From a virus, in IMG/VR virus record IMGVR_UViG_3300021963_000030: DNA of 64,000 nt; one strand, 5' to 3'. A model generated the notes under the pieces. The model was given only the letters and a program-made list of their open reading frames with translations. It did not search any database and was not told the DNA's origin. This document shows, piece by piece, positions 45,740-55,909 of the stretch. Numbering within the stretch: the first letter of the stretch is position 1; the number at the start of each line of letters is the position of its first letter. Both the position numbers and the translations under genes were made by a program.

Positions 45740-48700
45740 ATGCCAATTCAAGAAGGTGGACGATGGAGTCCAACACAAAATATAGTAAGTCCTGGTGTTT
45801 TCACCAGAGAAAATGACTTATCGGGGCTAGCCCAAGGCGTAGCCAACATAGGTGGTGCAATCGTGGCTCCGTTCGCCGACGGACCTGCGTTTTTCCCAAG
45901 CGTGATCACAGACGTAGCAACACTAGAACAAAGATTCGGTATTGCTGACGGTGTATACTACGGTCCCTACACTGCAAAAGAATACCTCTTACAACAAGGT
46001 ATCGTAACCATAGTTCGTGTCGGCGGATTGACTGGTTACTGGCAAAAGAACCCATTGGTGGTTTATGCTGAACCAGGTCAATGGCTTAGAACTTGGGATA
46101 TTGGTGCTTTGACTACCGCTTCGTTTATGTATTTGAATAGTGGTGACTACACTGCTAATCTTCAATACGTTCACAGTGCTTCATCATGGGAAATCGAACC
46201 AAGTGCTTTAGTAAGAACCAATCCGCTTGCAGGTATCTGGATCACTGGTTCTAATACAACAAACCAACAAATTGCTGATTTCGTTGGTGCAAATTCAAGT
46301 TTGGAATACATCAATGATTTGTCTGCTTCTCTCGTAGCATTGAAAGATGCTGGTAAGTTGGTAAGTTTGACTACTTACAATGCTTATTCAGCATTTAGTG
46401 CCTCGGTTGTCGCAGCTGGACTTAAAGTCACCCCATCAGGTGGTGGTTCAGATCACGCTTTGGCATGGTTTGACGTAACTCAATGGGCACCATATGGTTA
46501 TGTTTACAAGTCTGGTTCTGGTGCATGGAGCACATTCCAAATTGATGATAACATTACTGGCAACATAGTCAACGGATTCCCAACTAACTCTGGATCTTAT
46601 TTGACTGCTTCTATCATCAAGGTTAACAATCAACAAGTTACCTTCCCATTCGTAGCATTGTCAACAAGTGTAGGTTCGAACGCTACAGTTTGTTCTCACA
46701 AAGAAACTGGTGCTAATACTACTTCTTCTCCATATTTCTATCCAACCTTTGATTGTTCTTACTTGACAATCAGTGGTAGCATTAATGCAAGATTTGGTAG
46801 TGCTGCTTTGACCAGTGGATTCCCATCCAACTACAATGGAACTGGTAATTTGAGTGGTAGTAAGTTGTATGCTGGTAAGCAAGTAAGTCTTGGAACTGTC
46901 GAGACTGCTCAGCTCAGCAGACGTTTCTACGGTGCTACTCACTTGGCTCCGTCTGGATCTGCTGGATTGTATTTCTACTTGAGTTCTAGTGCTCAAGGAA
47001 GTAGCACCGCTACAACAGAGACTCAAATTGCTACAGCAATTGCAGAAAGCACCGAAGTATCATTCTTGTTGACTTCAAGTTTGTTGAACCTTGGTTCTAC
47101 AACTTCTAACATCGCATTGGAATATGACCAAGATACGTTTGATGCTACAAGCGACTTGTATATTAAGAGTGGTAGCTTTGCTACTGTTCGTAGTGCCGCA
47201 ACTTGCGGTGCCGCATTGAGATTCTTGGGTCTTGTAAGTGGTTCTTACGGAGCATTTACAGGCAACTTCGAAGCTGATGGTTCGGGTGGTTCAGATCCAT
47301 GTAATCCATCTACAACAGGTCGTCAACCAGTTGTGCTCGCAGTATTGGCTAACACCCAAAATGCTTCGACACAATTCAGTAGCGATTATGAAGTATACGG
47401 ATTTGACACTTCTACTGTAAGTCAATTGACCAGTTCAGTATATCCATATCAAGGTATTGTCAATCCAAACGACAACGTTTATCAACTTATCTTGAGATAC
47501 AACTGGACTGATACAAACGGTGTGGTTTCTGACGGAACCTACGGTTATTATGACTTCAGCTTGAATGAAGATGACAACAACTATATCAAGGACGTATTCG
47601 GAATTGATCCAACTGTTGGTAATCCATCTAAGCAAATTGCTGGTCAAAAGGTAGAGGCTGCATATAACTACATCCTCTTCGAAGACACCATCAAGAAGTT
47701 TATTGCTGAAAAGACTCGTCCAAATGCTGAGGGTGGTGGTTGGAGATTGTTGGTAGCAACTGCTCCATCTGCTTCGTTTAGTGTTGGTGAGTCTATGAAG
47801 TTCTTGGATCAATACTCACTAGATCCTAACAGTGGTGATTCACAATTTGCTATCACAAATGCGAAGACCCCATGGTTCTATAGTCAACAAATTGCTCCAT
47901 TCAAGGGAAGTGCTGATGAAGCAGCTGTTCCTACCAAGTTCAAGTTGTTCAAGGTTCACACTCTCAGTGACGGTAGCTTGAGTAACAAGAAGTATAAGAT
48001 CGAAATTAGCAACGTTAAGTTGGCTGGAACTGTTCCAGGCAGCAATTGGGGTTCATTCACTCTTGCTGTTCGTGCTTACAGTGATACCGACAAACGTCCT
48101 AAGTATCTTGAAATCTTCCAAAACTTGAACCTCGACCCAGACAGTGCAAACTTCATTGCACGTCGTATTGGTGATCGTTACGCATACATTACCTTCGCTG
48201 GTAAGATTGTAGAATACGGAACTTACGTTAACTTGAGTCAGTTTATCAGAATCGAAATGACCGACATTGCTTATCCAGAAGTAGTCGTTCCTTACGGTTT
48301 CGAATCATACTCTGCTCCAGTAAACGGAACTCTAAGCAACATGTTGCCAGCAGTTCGTTACAGTAAGGCAAGTATCTATGGTCTCGCACCTGGTAAGTAT
48401 CCATCTGGAACTGTGTTTGGTGATGTTCCAGAAAGTGGTGCTCAAATCGCTGCTTTGTATCCTACCGCTTCGTTTGGAGTAGGTGTCGCAAATGATACAA
48501 AACAATACTTCAAGCCTCTTCCATCCTACGGTGGTTCAGATCAAAACGGTGAAAACATCGACTTTGATTTGGAAGCAAAGGTATGGGGAACAGCAGACTG
48601 TTCTTACTATGCTCAAGGCGTATCGGCAAGCACCGGTTCGTTACTTGCTCCAAGTTTGAGTGGTAGTATTCCATCGGTATACGATCCAGTCAATGAATCT

Positions 48701-49711
48701 ACTTACGTAAGACTTCGTAAGTTTATCGTAGGTTTCCAAGGTGGATTTGAAGGTCAATGGCCAGCAATTCCAATCAACGTTGGATCTGATATTACTGCTG
48801 GTAATACTCAAGGTTTGGATTGCACAAACATTACAAGCCCAGGTAGTATCGCATACAAACAATGTATCGCTGCTCTCGGTAATGCCGATGAGTTTGATAT
48901 CAACTTGATCGTGTTGCCAGGTATCTTCCGTGAACAACACAGCTATGTCACCGAGATCACCATTGATATGTGTGAAGCTCGTGGAGATTGTTTCTACATC
49001 ATGGATAACGTGGTCTTCCCAGCAAGTAACCAAAGCGTAGGTTTGATCAATGCCGCAATCAACACGGTTGCTACAATTGATAGTAACTACGTCGCAACTT
49101 ACTATCCATGGGTCAAGATCCTCGACACAAACTTGAACAAGATCATCAGTGTTCCACCTTCGGTAGTGTTGCCAGCAGTTTACGCTGCTAACGACAATGC
49201 AGCTGCCGAATGGTATGCTCCAGCCGGTTTGAACCGTGGTGGAATCCCACAAGCAGTTCAAGTTCTTGACAGATTGACTCACGCAGAACGTGATCAACTC
49301 TATGAGAATCGTGTGAACCCAATCGCAGCATTCCCAGGCCAAGGTATCGTAGTGTGGGGTCAAAAGACTCTTCAAATTCAACCAAGTGCTTTGGATCGTG
49401 TGAACGTCCGTCGCTTGTTGATCAACTTGAAGAAGTTTATTGCAAGTTCAAGCAACTACTTGGTCTTCGAACAAAACGTTGCTGCAACTCGTAACCGCTT
49501 CTTGAGTATCGTAAATCCATACTTGGAGAGTGTCCAACAACGTAACGGTATCTATGCTTACCAAGTTAAGATGGATGCTGAGAACAATACTCCAGACTTG
49601 ATCGATAGAAACATCCTCTACGGTCAAATCTATATCCAACCAACCAGAACTGCTGAATTCATCTTGCTTGATTTCAACATTCTGCCAACTGGTGCTTCTT
49701 TCGGTGAATAA
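45740..49711 (+). CDS. Contractile tail sheath protein (gp18-like), 1323 aa
   Basis: SPGVFTRENDLS; YYPWVKI..VPPS; WYAPAGLNRG; ALDRVNVRRLLI; IQPTRTAEFILLDF. Confidence 0.95.
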   Translation: MPIQEGGRWSPTQNIVSPGVFTRENDLSGLAQGVANIGGAIVAPFADGPAFFPSVITDVATLEQRFGIADGVYYGPYTAKEYLLQQGIVTIVRVGGLTGYWQKNPLVVYAEPGQWLRTWDIGALTTASFMYLNSGDYTANLQYVHSASSWEIEPSALVRTNPLAGIWITGSNTTNQQIADFVGANSSLEYINDLSASLVALKDAGKLVSLTTYNAYSAFSASVVAAGLKVTPSGGGSDHALAWFDVTQWAPYGYVYKSGSGAWSTFQIDDNITGNIVNGFPTNSGSYLTASIIKVNNQQVTFPFVALSTSVGSNATVCSHKETGANTTSSPYFYPTFDCSYLTISGSINARFGSAALTSGFPSNYNGTGNLSGSKLYAGKQVSLGTVETAQLSRRFYGATHLAPSGSAGLYFYLSSSAQGSSTATTETQIATAIAESTEVSFLLTSSLLNLGSTTSNIALEYDQDTFDATSDLYIKSGSFATVRSAATCGAALRFLGLVSGSYGAFTGNFEADGSGGSDPCNPSTTGRQPVVLAVLANTQNASTQFSSDYEVYGFDTSTVSQLTSSVYPYQGIVNPNDNVYQLILRYNWTDTNGVVSDGTYGYYDFSLNEDDNNYIKDVFGIDPTVGNPSKQIAGQKVEAAYNYILFEDTIKKFIAEKTRPNAEGGGWRLLVATAPSASFSVGESMKFLDQYSLDPNSGDSQFAITNAKTPWFYSQQIAPFKGSADEAAVPTKFKLFKVHTLSDGSLSNKKYKIEISNVKLAGTVPGSNWGSFTLAVRAYSDTDKRPKYLEIFQNLNLDPDSANFIARRIGDRYAYITFAGKIVEYGTYVNLSQFIRIEMTDIAYPEVVVPYGFESYSAPVNGTLSNMLPAVRYSKASIYGLAPGKYPSGTVFGDVPESGAQIAALYPTASFGVGVANDTKQYFKPLPSYGGSDQNGENIDFDLEAKVWGTADCSYYAQGVSASTGSLLAPSLSGSIPSVYDPVNESTYVRLRKFIVGFQGGFEGQWPAIPINVGSDITAGNTQGLDCTNITSPGSIAYKQCIAALGNADEFDINLIVLPGIFREQHSYVTEITIDMCEARGDCFYIMDNVVFPASNQSVGLINAAINTVATIDSNYVATYYPWVKILDTNLNKIISVPPSVVLPAVYAANDNAAAEWYAPAGLNRGGIPQAVQVLDRLTHAERDQLYENRVNPIAAFPGQGIVVWGQKTLQIQPSALDRVNVRRLLINLKKFIASSSNYLVFEQNVAATRNRFLSIVNPYLESVQQRNGIYAYQVKMDAENNTPDLIDRNILYGQIYIQPTRTAEFILLDFNILPTGASFGE

Positions 49712-49731
49712 CCCAAAGTAACCTAAACAAG

Positions 49732-49760
49732 ACCCCGGCCCTAAAAAGCCGGGGTTTTTT
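49732..49760 (+). terminator. Intrinsic terminator after the sheath gene
   Basis: ACCCCGGC/GCCGGGGT hairpin with a T tract. Confidence 0.9.
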
Positions 49761-49798
49761 GTTTTGTATTTTTACTATAATCTGTATATTTATATGAG

Positions 49799-50581
49799 AT
49801 GATTAGTCTATCAGACCTTTTACTAGAAGCTAAGTTACCTATTAGCGAACAAGATATGGACTTGTATGCAAAAAAATACAAGAAGACCATTGATTATTTG
49901 CGTAACAAAAACAAAGTTTTATTATTGACAACCAGTAATAGATGGGTCAAACACAAAGAAGATGTTCCAAAAAGCAGTCAATTAGCTATCAAAATTCAAG
50001 ACTTGTTGGGAAAAGAAAAGGTAACATTGATCGACACAACAAAATTGAATATAGTTCCATGTGAAGGTAACGTGAGTAGTAACAAAGAGTTTGGCGGTAA
50101 TCATTGTGGAACTGCTGGCGCTTTATTAAAGAACAAAGATCAAAATCCAAGTGGATATCATCGTTGTTGGGCAAGTGTGAATGAAAAGGGAGACGAACTT
50201 TGGAAGATAAGCAAAGAATTGTTTGAAAGCGACTGTGTATTATTTTTTGCAAGCATTCGTTGGGGCCAAACAAATAGTTACTATCAAAAATTGATTGAAC
50301 GTCTAACTTGGATTGAAAACAGACACAGCACTTTGGGTGAGTCTAACATTGTTAAAGATATTGATGCTGGATTTATTGCTGTCGGTCAAAATTGGAATGG
50401 TAAACATGTAGTTGATACTCAAAAGAGCGTTCTTGAGTTTTATGGATTCAAGACACCAGATCCTTTGTTTTGGAATTGGCAATTTACAGATGATTCACTT
50501 GATGAGACTAAACGTTCATATTTAAAGGGCGTAACTACATTCGAAAATACTTTTATTAAACCATATGATAAAGCTAAGTAA
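49799..50581 (+). CDS. Flavodoxin-fold NAD(P)H:FMN reductase or iron-sulfur-flavoprotein-like protein
   Basis: VLLLTTSNR, IVPCEG..HC..HRCW, ESDCVLFFASIRWGQTNSYYQKLIERL. Confidence 0.75.
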   Translation: MISLSDLLLEAKLPISEQDMDLYAKKYKKTIDYLRNKNKVLLLTTSNRWVKHKEDVPKSSQLAIKIQDLLGKEKVTLIDTTKLNIVPCEGNVSSNKEFGGNHCGTAGALLKNKDQNPSGYHRCWASVNEKGDELWKISKELFESDCVLFFASIRWGQTNSYYQKLIERLTWIENRHSTLGESNIVKDIDAGFIAVGQNWNGKHVVDTQKSVLEFYGFKTPDPLFWNWQFTDDSLDETKRSYLKGVTTFENTFIKPYDKAK

Positions 50582-51617
50582 TATTTTGTCGGAAGTTCTT
50601 AAAGAAGGTGGAGCCGGTGGCCACATGGAACATCCATTTGACTTTACCTCGAGCGGAAAACAACTCGTAGATGTATTTCAAAAAGCAATCAATTCACTAG
50701 AAAAAGGAACTGGTAGTGTAAAGATTGACGGTGTAAACGCAAGTATCCGTTTGGTCAATGGTGAATTCGTAATGGATCGTGGTAGTGCAAAACCATTAGA
50801 CATCAAGGGAATGCGCCCTCAAGACTTGTCTGCTAGATTTTTGCCAGATCCACAATCTGGTGCCGAACATGGATTTATCAAGATTGGTTCCAAGGTAATT
50901 CAGATATTTGATGAAGCTATACCATCTACCCGACAAGAATTAAAGACGTTGGGCTTATTAAACAATCCAAATATTTTGTTAAACGTTGAATACGTCGAAG
51001 GTCAAACAAACGTTCTTGGATACGAAAACATTGGTAACTTTCTAGCAATCCACGGTCTAAAAGAAATCAAGCCAAAGACATTTGGTAAAGATGGTAGTGT
51101 CAAGTCAAGAGTAGCTACTGAGATTCCTTATGATAAGACTGCAATGCAATCTTATATCAATAAGTTGAATATGGTTGCTAAGAAACATGGATTCAAGGTG
51201 TTAGGAAGCGTGGATACCAAGTTCAAGTCTAGACCAAACCTTTCAAAACCTTTGAGTGAGAAAGTCACTTTATATCCTCAAGGTAATCCAGTGACCAAGA
51301 GTTTAAGAGATTGGTTGAAGGATGTTACTATTCAAACTCCTTTAATCACCCGTGAACAATTCCAAAAGGCATCTGCAAGTAAAAATATTGCGATGGACTT
51401 TGAAGGACAAGATATTGATAAGATTGTCAACGATTGTATTGTGTATATTGCTACAATCAAGTTGGGTGACGAAATATTAAAGAATGCTACTAGTGAAATT
51501 GGTGACCTTGAAAAACATGAAGGAATTGTTGTTAGAGATCCAAGTATACACAGTAATCCATTTAAAATAACTGGTAGTTTCATTATTAAGGGACTACAAA
51601 GTGGTTTTGGTAAATAA
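50565..51617 (+). CDS. Ligase-fold nucleotidyltransferase-like protein
   Basis: VKIDG (motif I), NVEYV (III), HEGIVVR (IV) and FKITG (V); GGAGGHMEH N-terminus. Confidence 0.55.
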   Translation: MIKLSNILSEVLKEGGAGGHMEHPFDFTSSGKQLVDVFQKAINSLEKGTGSVKIDGVNASIRLVNGEFVMDRGSAKPLDIKGMRPQDLSARFLPDPQSGAEHGFIKIGSKVIQIFDEAIPSTRQELKTLGLLNNPNILLNVEYVEGQTNVLGYENIGNFLAIHGLKEIKPKTFGKDGSVKSRVATEIPYDKTAMQSYINKLNMVAKKHGFKVLGSVDTKFKSRPNLSKPLSEKVTLYPQGNPVTKSLRDWLKDVTIQTPLITREQFQKASASKNIAMDFEGQDIDKIVNDCIVYIATIKLGDEILKNATSEIGDLEKHEGIVVRDPSIHSNPFKITGSFIIKGLQSGFGK

Positions 51618-51635
51618 AAAAAATAAGTATTGGTT

Positions 51636-52283
51636 ATGAAAAGAGCACAAGGTAAAAGCAATCTAGAGATTGTTCAAGATTATCTGGATGGTAATAGACC
51701 ATTTATTCAAGTTGGTTATACCGACGATATTAATAACGCCACTCGTAAAGAAGGTGAAGAGTGGGAGGATAGTCAAGGACGTAAATGGATTTGGAAGAAT
51801 GGCAGCAAACGTCGTGTTCCAAAAAAGGTTATTATTGACAACAAGTGTATCTGTAAACATTGTAATGCAGATATTCGTTGGGGTAATTACCTAGACAACC
51901 AAGTTTGGCCAAAGACACATTTGTGTTATGACTGTTTTACCAAGAATGAAACACAAATGAAGTTGGAAGGAACTTGGGAGTTTTATGATCAGATCCGTGA
52001 ACTCAAGAATGAACGATCTGTTTTGACCGATTACAAAACCAAGTTTGATGAAACATTAAAGTGGTGTATAGAGAAGGAGAACAAACCACTAGAGTTTATT
52101 AATGAAGATGGTTCTATCGAAAAGTGGGAAGGTGAGAATGGTATTGAAAAAATTAAACAAGACGTTGAAAAGGATCTTGAGTTTATAAATGCTAGGTTAT
52201 TGGAAATCGACAAGTCCATTAGTAATCTAGAAAAAGACTATGAGTCAGCAAAATCTAAGAGAAATAATAAAACAAGAGTATAA
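51636..52283 (+). CDS. Hypothetical protein with CxxC..CxxC, upstream of terminase
   Basis: CKHC..CYDC; C-terminal coiled coil. Confidence 0.75.
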   Translation: MKRAQGKSNLEIVQDYLDGNRPFIQVGYTDDINNATRKEGEEWEDSQGRKWIWKNGSKRRVPKKVIIDNKCICKHCNADIRWGNYLDNQVWPKTHLCYDCFTKNETQMKLEGTWEFYDQIRELKNERSVLTDYKTKFDETLKWCIEKENKPLEFINEDGSIEKWEGENGIEKIKQDVEKDLEFINARLLEIDKSISNLEKDYESAKSKRNNKTRV

Positions 52284-53853
52284 GAAGTGTCTTGAAAATC
52301 CTATATACTTCATGAAGAAGTATGTGAAGATTCAACACCCAGTTCGTGGAACAGTAAACTTTGATTTGTTTGAGTTCCAAGAACACGCTTTGGAAGATAT
52401 GGTTGAGCACAAACTCAATATTATCTTAAAGAGTCGTCAAATGGGTATTTCTACTCTAACATCCGCATATAGTCTGTGGTTGATGACTTTTCACAGTGAT
52501 AAGAACATCTTGATCATCAGTATCACTCAAGAGACTGCAAAAGAAATTGTCACCAAAGTTAGATTTGCTAATGATAGTCTTCCAGCATGGTTAAAAGTTC
52601 CATGTGTAGAAGACAATCGTCTATCACTACGTCTTAAGAATGGATCTCAAATTAAGGCTGTATCTAGTGCTGGAACCGCAGGTCGTTCGGCAGCTTTGTC
52701 ACTTCTAATCATTGACGAAGCAGCATTCATCGATGGTATTGAAGAAATTTGGTTGTCTGCTCAATATACGTTGTCAACCGGTGGTCGAGCCATATTATTG
52801 TCTACTCCAAACGGTGTTGGTAACTTCTTTCACAAGACATGGGTTGCTGCGGAGGCTGGTGAAAATGGTTTCAATACAATCAGATTGCCATGGCATTTAC
52901 ATCCAGAACGTGATCAAGCATGGAGAGATAAACAAACAGAATTGTCTGGTGTCAAAGGTGCTGCACAAGAATGTGATTGTGACTTTTCTACATCGGGTAA
53001 TCAAGTTGTGTCTGTTGAGACCATTGAGTTTTATAAACAAACACATATCAAAGATCCAGTAGAAAAACGAGGTGCTCAACAAGATCTTTGGATATGGGAC
53101 AGACCAGATTATAGTAAGAACTACATTGTATCAGCTGACTGTGCTCGTGGTGACGGCGCCGATTATAGTGCGTTTCATATATTTGACGTTGATACACTTA
53201 CACAAGTTGCTGAATATAAGGGTCAGTTGACTACAAAAGATTACGGTAATTTGTTGGTAGCTATTGCAACAGAATACAATAATGCGATGCTTGTGGTAGA
53301 AAACAACAACATAGGTTGGGGAACTCTACAACAGATTATTGATAGAGATTACCAAAATACTTTCTACAGCACTCCAGACTTGAATGTAGTTGATGTGGAA
53401 CACAATTACACTAACAAACTAAATGCGCAAGATAGAAAGTTAGTGCCTGGATTTACAACTACAAACAAGAACAGACCTTTGATGGTATCCAATATGGAAT
53501 CATGCTTCAGGGATAAATCGGTCACTATAAGGTCTATAAGACTGTATGAGGAGTTGAACGTGTTTATTTGGAATGGACCTAAGGCTGAGGCAATGAGAGG
53601 ATACAACGACGATTTGGTGATGGCATTGAGTATTGGTTTATGGGTTCGTGGAACAGCATTGAAGTTAAGAACAGAACAAATGGCTTATACCCGAACCATG
53701 TTGGGTGGTATTACAAAAATAACAAACACAACGCCTGGTCCGTCATCACAATATAAAATCATACAATCTCCTCAAGAAACGTGGAAATTCGATACAGGAG
53801 CTAATGGTGCTCCAGGCTCAGGTAAAAAAGAATCACTAACTTGGTTGTTGTAA
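52240..53853 (+). CDS. Terminase large subunit (gp17-like)
   Basis: LKSRQMGIST, IIDEAAF, STPNG, DCARGDGADYS and NDDLVMAL motifs. Confidence 0.97.
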   Translation: MSQQNLREIIKQEYKKCLENPIYFMKKYVKIQHPVRGTVNFDLFEFQEHALEDMVEHKLNIILKSRQMGISTLTSAYSLWLMTFHSDKNILIISITQETAKEIVTKVRFANDSLPAWLKVPCVEDNRLSLRLKNGSQIKAVSSAGTAGRSAALSLLIIDEAAFIDGIEEIWLSAQYTLSTGGRAILLSTPNGVGNFFHKTWVAAEAGENGFNTIRLPWHLHPERDQAWRDKQTELSGVKGAAQECDCDFSTSGNQVVSVETIEFYKQTHIKDPVEKRGAQQDLWIWDRPDYSKNYIVSADCARGDGADYSAFHIFDVDTLTQVAEYKGQLTTKDYGNLLVAIATEYNNAMLVVENNNIGWGTLQQIIDRDYQNTFYSTPDLNVVDVEHNYTNKLNAQDRKLVPGFTTTNKNRPLMVSNMESCFRDKSVTIRSIRLYEELNVFIWNGPKAEAMRGYNDDLVMALSIGLWVRGTALKLRTEQMAYTRTMLGGITKITNTTPGPSSQYKIIQSPQETWKFDTGANGAPGSGKKESLTWLL

Positions 53854-53877
53854 TACTTATATATAAGATAGCATTTT

Positions 53878-55854
53878 ATGGATGACAAATCATTTCAAGA
53901 GTTAAAAAATAGGTCACTTTACGCTAGGCTGAAGAGGCTTTTTAGCAACGACGTAATCGTTCGTAACGTGGGTGGCAAAAAGCTCAAGGTCATCGATACA
54001 GATGAAATTCAGTATGCTACAGACCGTAACAGTCTAAGAGATCGTTTCAATCGTCTTAGAACTACTGCTTACAATTCGTATACCCGTGACTTTAATTTAT
54101 CATATCAAAGCAGCCGTGTAGAATTGTTTCGTGATTATGATACAATGGACATGGACCCAATTCTTGCATCAGCATTGGACATCTATGCGGATGAATGCAC
54201 AACCCGAAATGAATTGGGAGACATTATTACTGTCCGAAGCACCAACGATGACATCAAGAGTATATTAAACAATTTGTTCTATGACATCTTGAACATCGAA
54301 TTCAATCTTTGGTCTTGGACTCGTAGCATGGTCAAGTATGGCGATTTTTATTTAAGACTGCACATCAGTCCAGAATATGGTGTATACATGGTTGAGCCAC
54401 TTAGTTCATATTATGTTACCCGTGTAGAAAACGCACATTTACAAAATAAGAGCTTTGTAAAGTTCCAAGTTAATCTTCCATATGGTAATAAGATTGAAGA
54501 TCTTGAGAACTATCAAATGGCACATTTTCGTTTGTTGAGTGATAGTAACTTCTTGCCATATGGTAAGAGTATGTTGGAGGGTGCTCGTCGTGTTTGGAAG
54601 CAATTGAGTTTGATGGAAGACGCAATGTTGATTCACCGTATCATGCGTGCTCCAGAAAAACGTATTTTCAAAATTGATATTGGTAACATTCCTCCAAACG
54701 AAGTTGATAACCATATGGAGAGAATTATTCAACAGATGAAGAAGACTCCATATTTGGACCAAGCTACTGGTGATTACAATCTTCGTTTCAATCTACAAAA
54801 CATGGTTGAAGACTTTTTCTTGCCAGTTCGTGGTGGTGATAGTGGAACTGCTATTGACAATTTGCCTGGGCTTGAGTGGACTGGAACCGATGATATCGAA
54901 TATCTTCGTAACAAAATGATGGCAGCACTTAAGATTCCTAAGGCATTCTTGGGTTATGATGAATCATTGTCTGGTAAGGCTACATTAGCTGCCGAAGACA
55001 TTCGTTTTGCTAGAACAATTCAACGTATTCAACGTATTATTGTCAGTGAATTGAACAAGATTGCTGTTGTTCATTTGTATAGTCAAGGATACAGAGATGA
55101 ATCATTGGTTGATTTTAGTCTTGAACTCACCAATCCATCTACAATTTTTGAGAAAGAAAAGATTGATGTTTGGAAGAGCAAGGTTGAAGTCAGCAAAGAC
55201 ATGCAAGAACAAAAGTTGTTTAGCAAAAAGTGGATTTATGAAAAAGTGTTTGGTATGAGCGACCAAGACATGATCATGTTGCAAAAACAACTTATTGATG
55301 ATGCTAAGGGCATGTATAGATTTAAGCAGATCGAAGAAGAAGGTAACGATCCTGCATTGAACTTCCTAAAGACCAAAGGCTCAGAGGGAGGAGAAGGCGG
55401 CGGAGAAGGTGGAGCCGGCGGTGCGGAAGGGGGTAGCGCTGGTGGAGGCGAAGTAGGTGGAGGAGAAACAGGAGGTGCTGAAGCCAGCGCTACTGCTCCC
55501 GCAACTGGTGGTGCCGAAGCGGGTGGAGAAGCTCCAAAATTGACCGAAAAAGTTAAATTGTCTGCGCATGAACGAGAAGAAGCTGCTCGTAAAAAAGAAG
55601 AAGAACGTGATAGAGATCAGACTGGTAGAAAAGATGCTAGAAAATATCCATTTGGTGAAGATCCACTTGGAACACAAGAAAACAATAGAGACAGTGATTT
55701 GTCACCATCTCATAAGTATAAAAAGCGTTCGCCACTGTCTTTGGAATCAATGGAGTCGTTGTCAACAATTTTACAAGGATTAGATAAGTCCAAAGAAATT
55801 TTAAGAGAGGGAGTTTCTGGGTCTTATATGGATGAAACAAACATCAAAGAATGA
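53878..55854 (+). CDS. Portal protein (gp20-like) with a Gly/Glu-rich C-terminal extension
   Basis: LMEDAMLIHRIMRAPEKRIFKIDIGN; EDFFLPVRG; DIEYLRNK..ALKIPKAFL. Confidence 0.97.
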   Translation: MDDKSFQELKNRSLYARLKRLFSNDVIVRNVGGKKLKVIDTDEIQYATDRNSLRDRFNRLRTTAYNSYTRDFNLSYQSSRVELFRDYDTMDMDPILASALDIYADECTTRNELGDIITVRSTNDDIKSILNNLFYDILNIEFNLWSWTRSMVKYGDFYLRLHISPEYGVYMVEPLSSYYVTRVENAHLQNKSFVKFQVNLPYGNKIEDLENYQMAHFRLLSDSNFLPYGKSMLEGARRVWKQLSLMEDAMLIHRIMRAPEKRIFKIDIGNIPPNEVDNHMERIIQQMKKTPYLDQATGDYNLRFNLQNMVEDFFLPVRGGDSGTAIDNLPGLEWTGTDDIEYLRNKMMAALKIPKAFLGYDESLSGKATLAAEDIRFARTIQRIQRIIVSELNKIAVVHLYSQGYRDESLVDFSLELTNPSTIFEKEKIDVWKSKVEVSKDMQEQKLFSKKWIYEKVFGMSDQDMIMLQKQLIDDAKGMYRFKQIEEEGNDPALNFLKTKGSEGGEGGGEGGAGGAEGGSAGGGEVGGGETGGAEASATAPATGGAEAGGEAPKLTEKVKLSAHEREEAARKKEEERDRDQTGRKDARKYPFGEDPLGTQENNRDSDLSPSHKYKKRSPLSLESMESLSTILQGLDKSKEILREGVSGSYMDETNIKE

Positions 55855-55909
55855 TATAAATCCGATGATTTTCCAAATTTCAATATATTTATAATTATTA
55901 GAGAACTAT

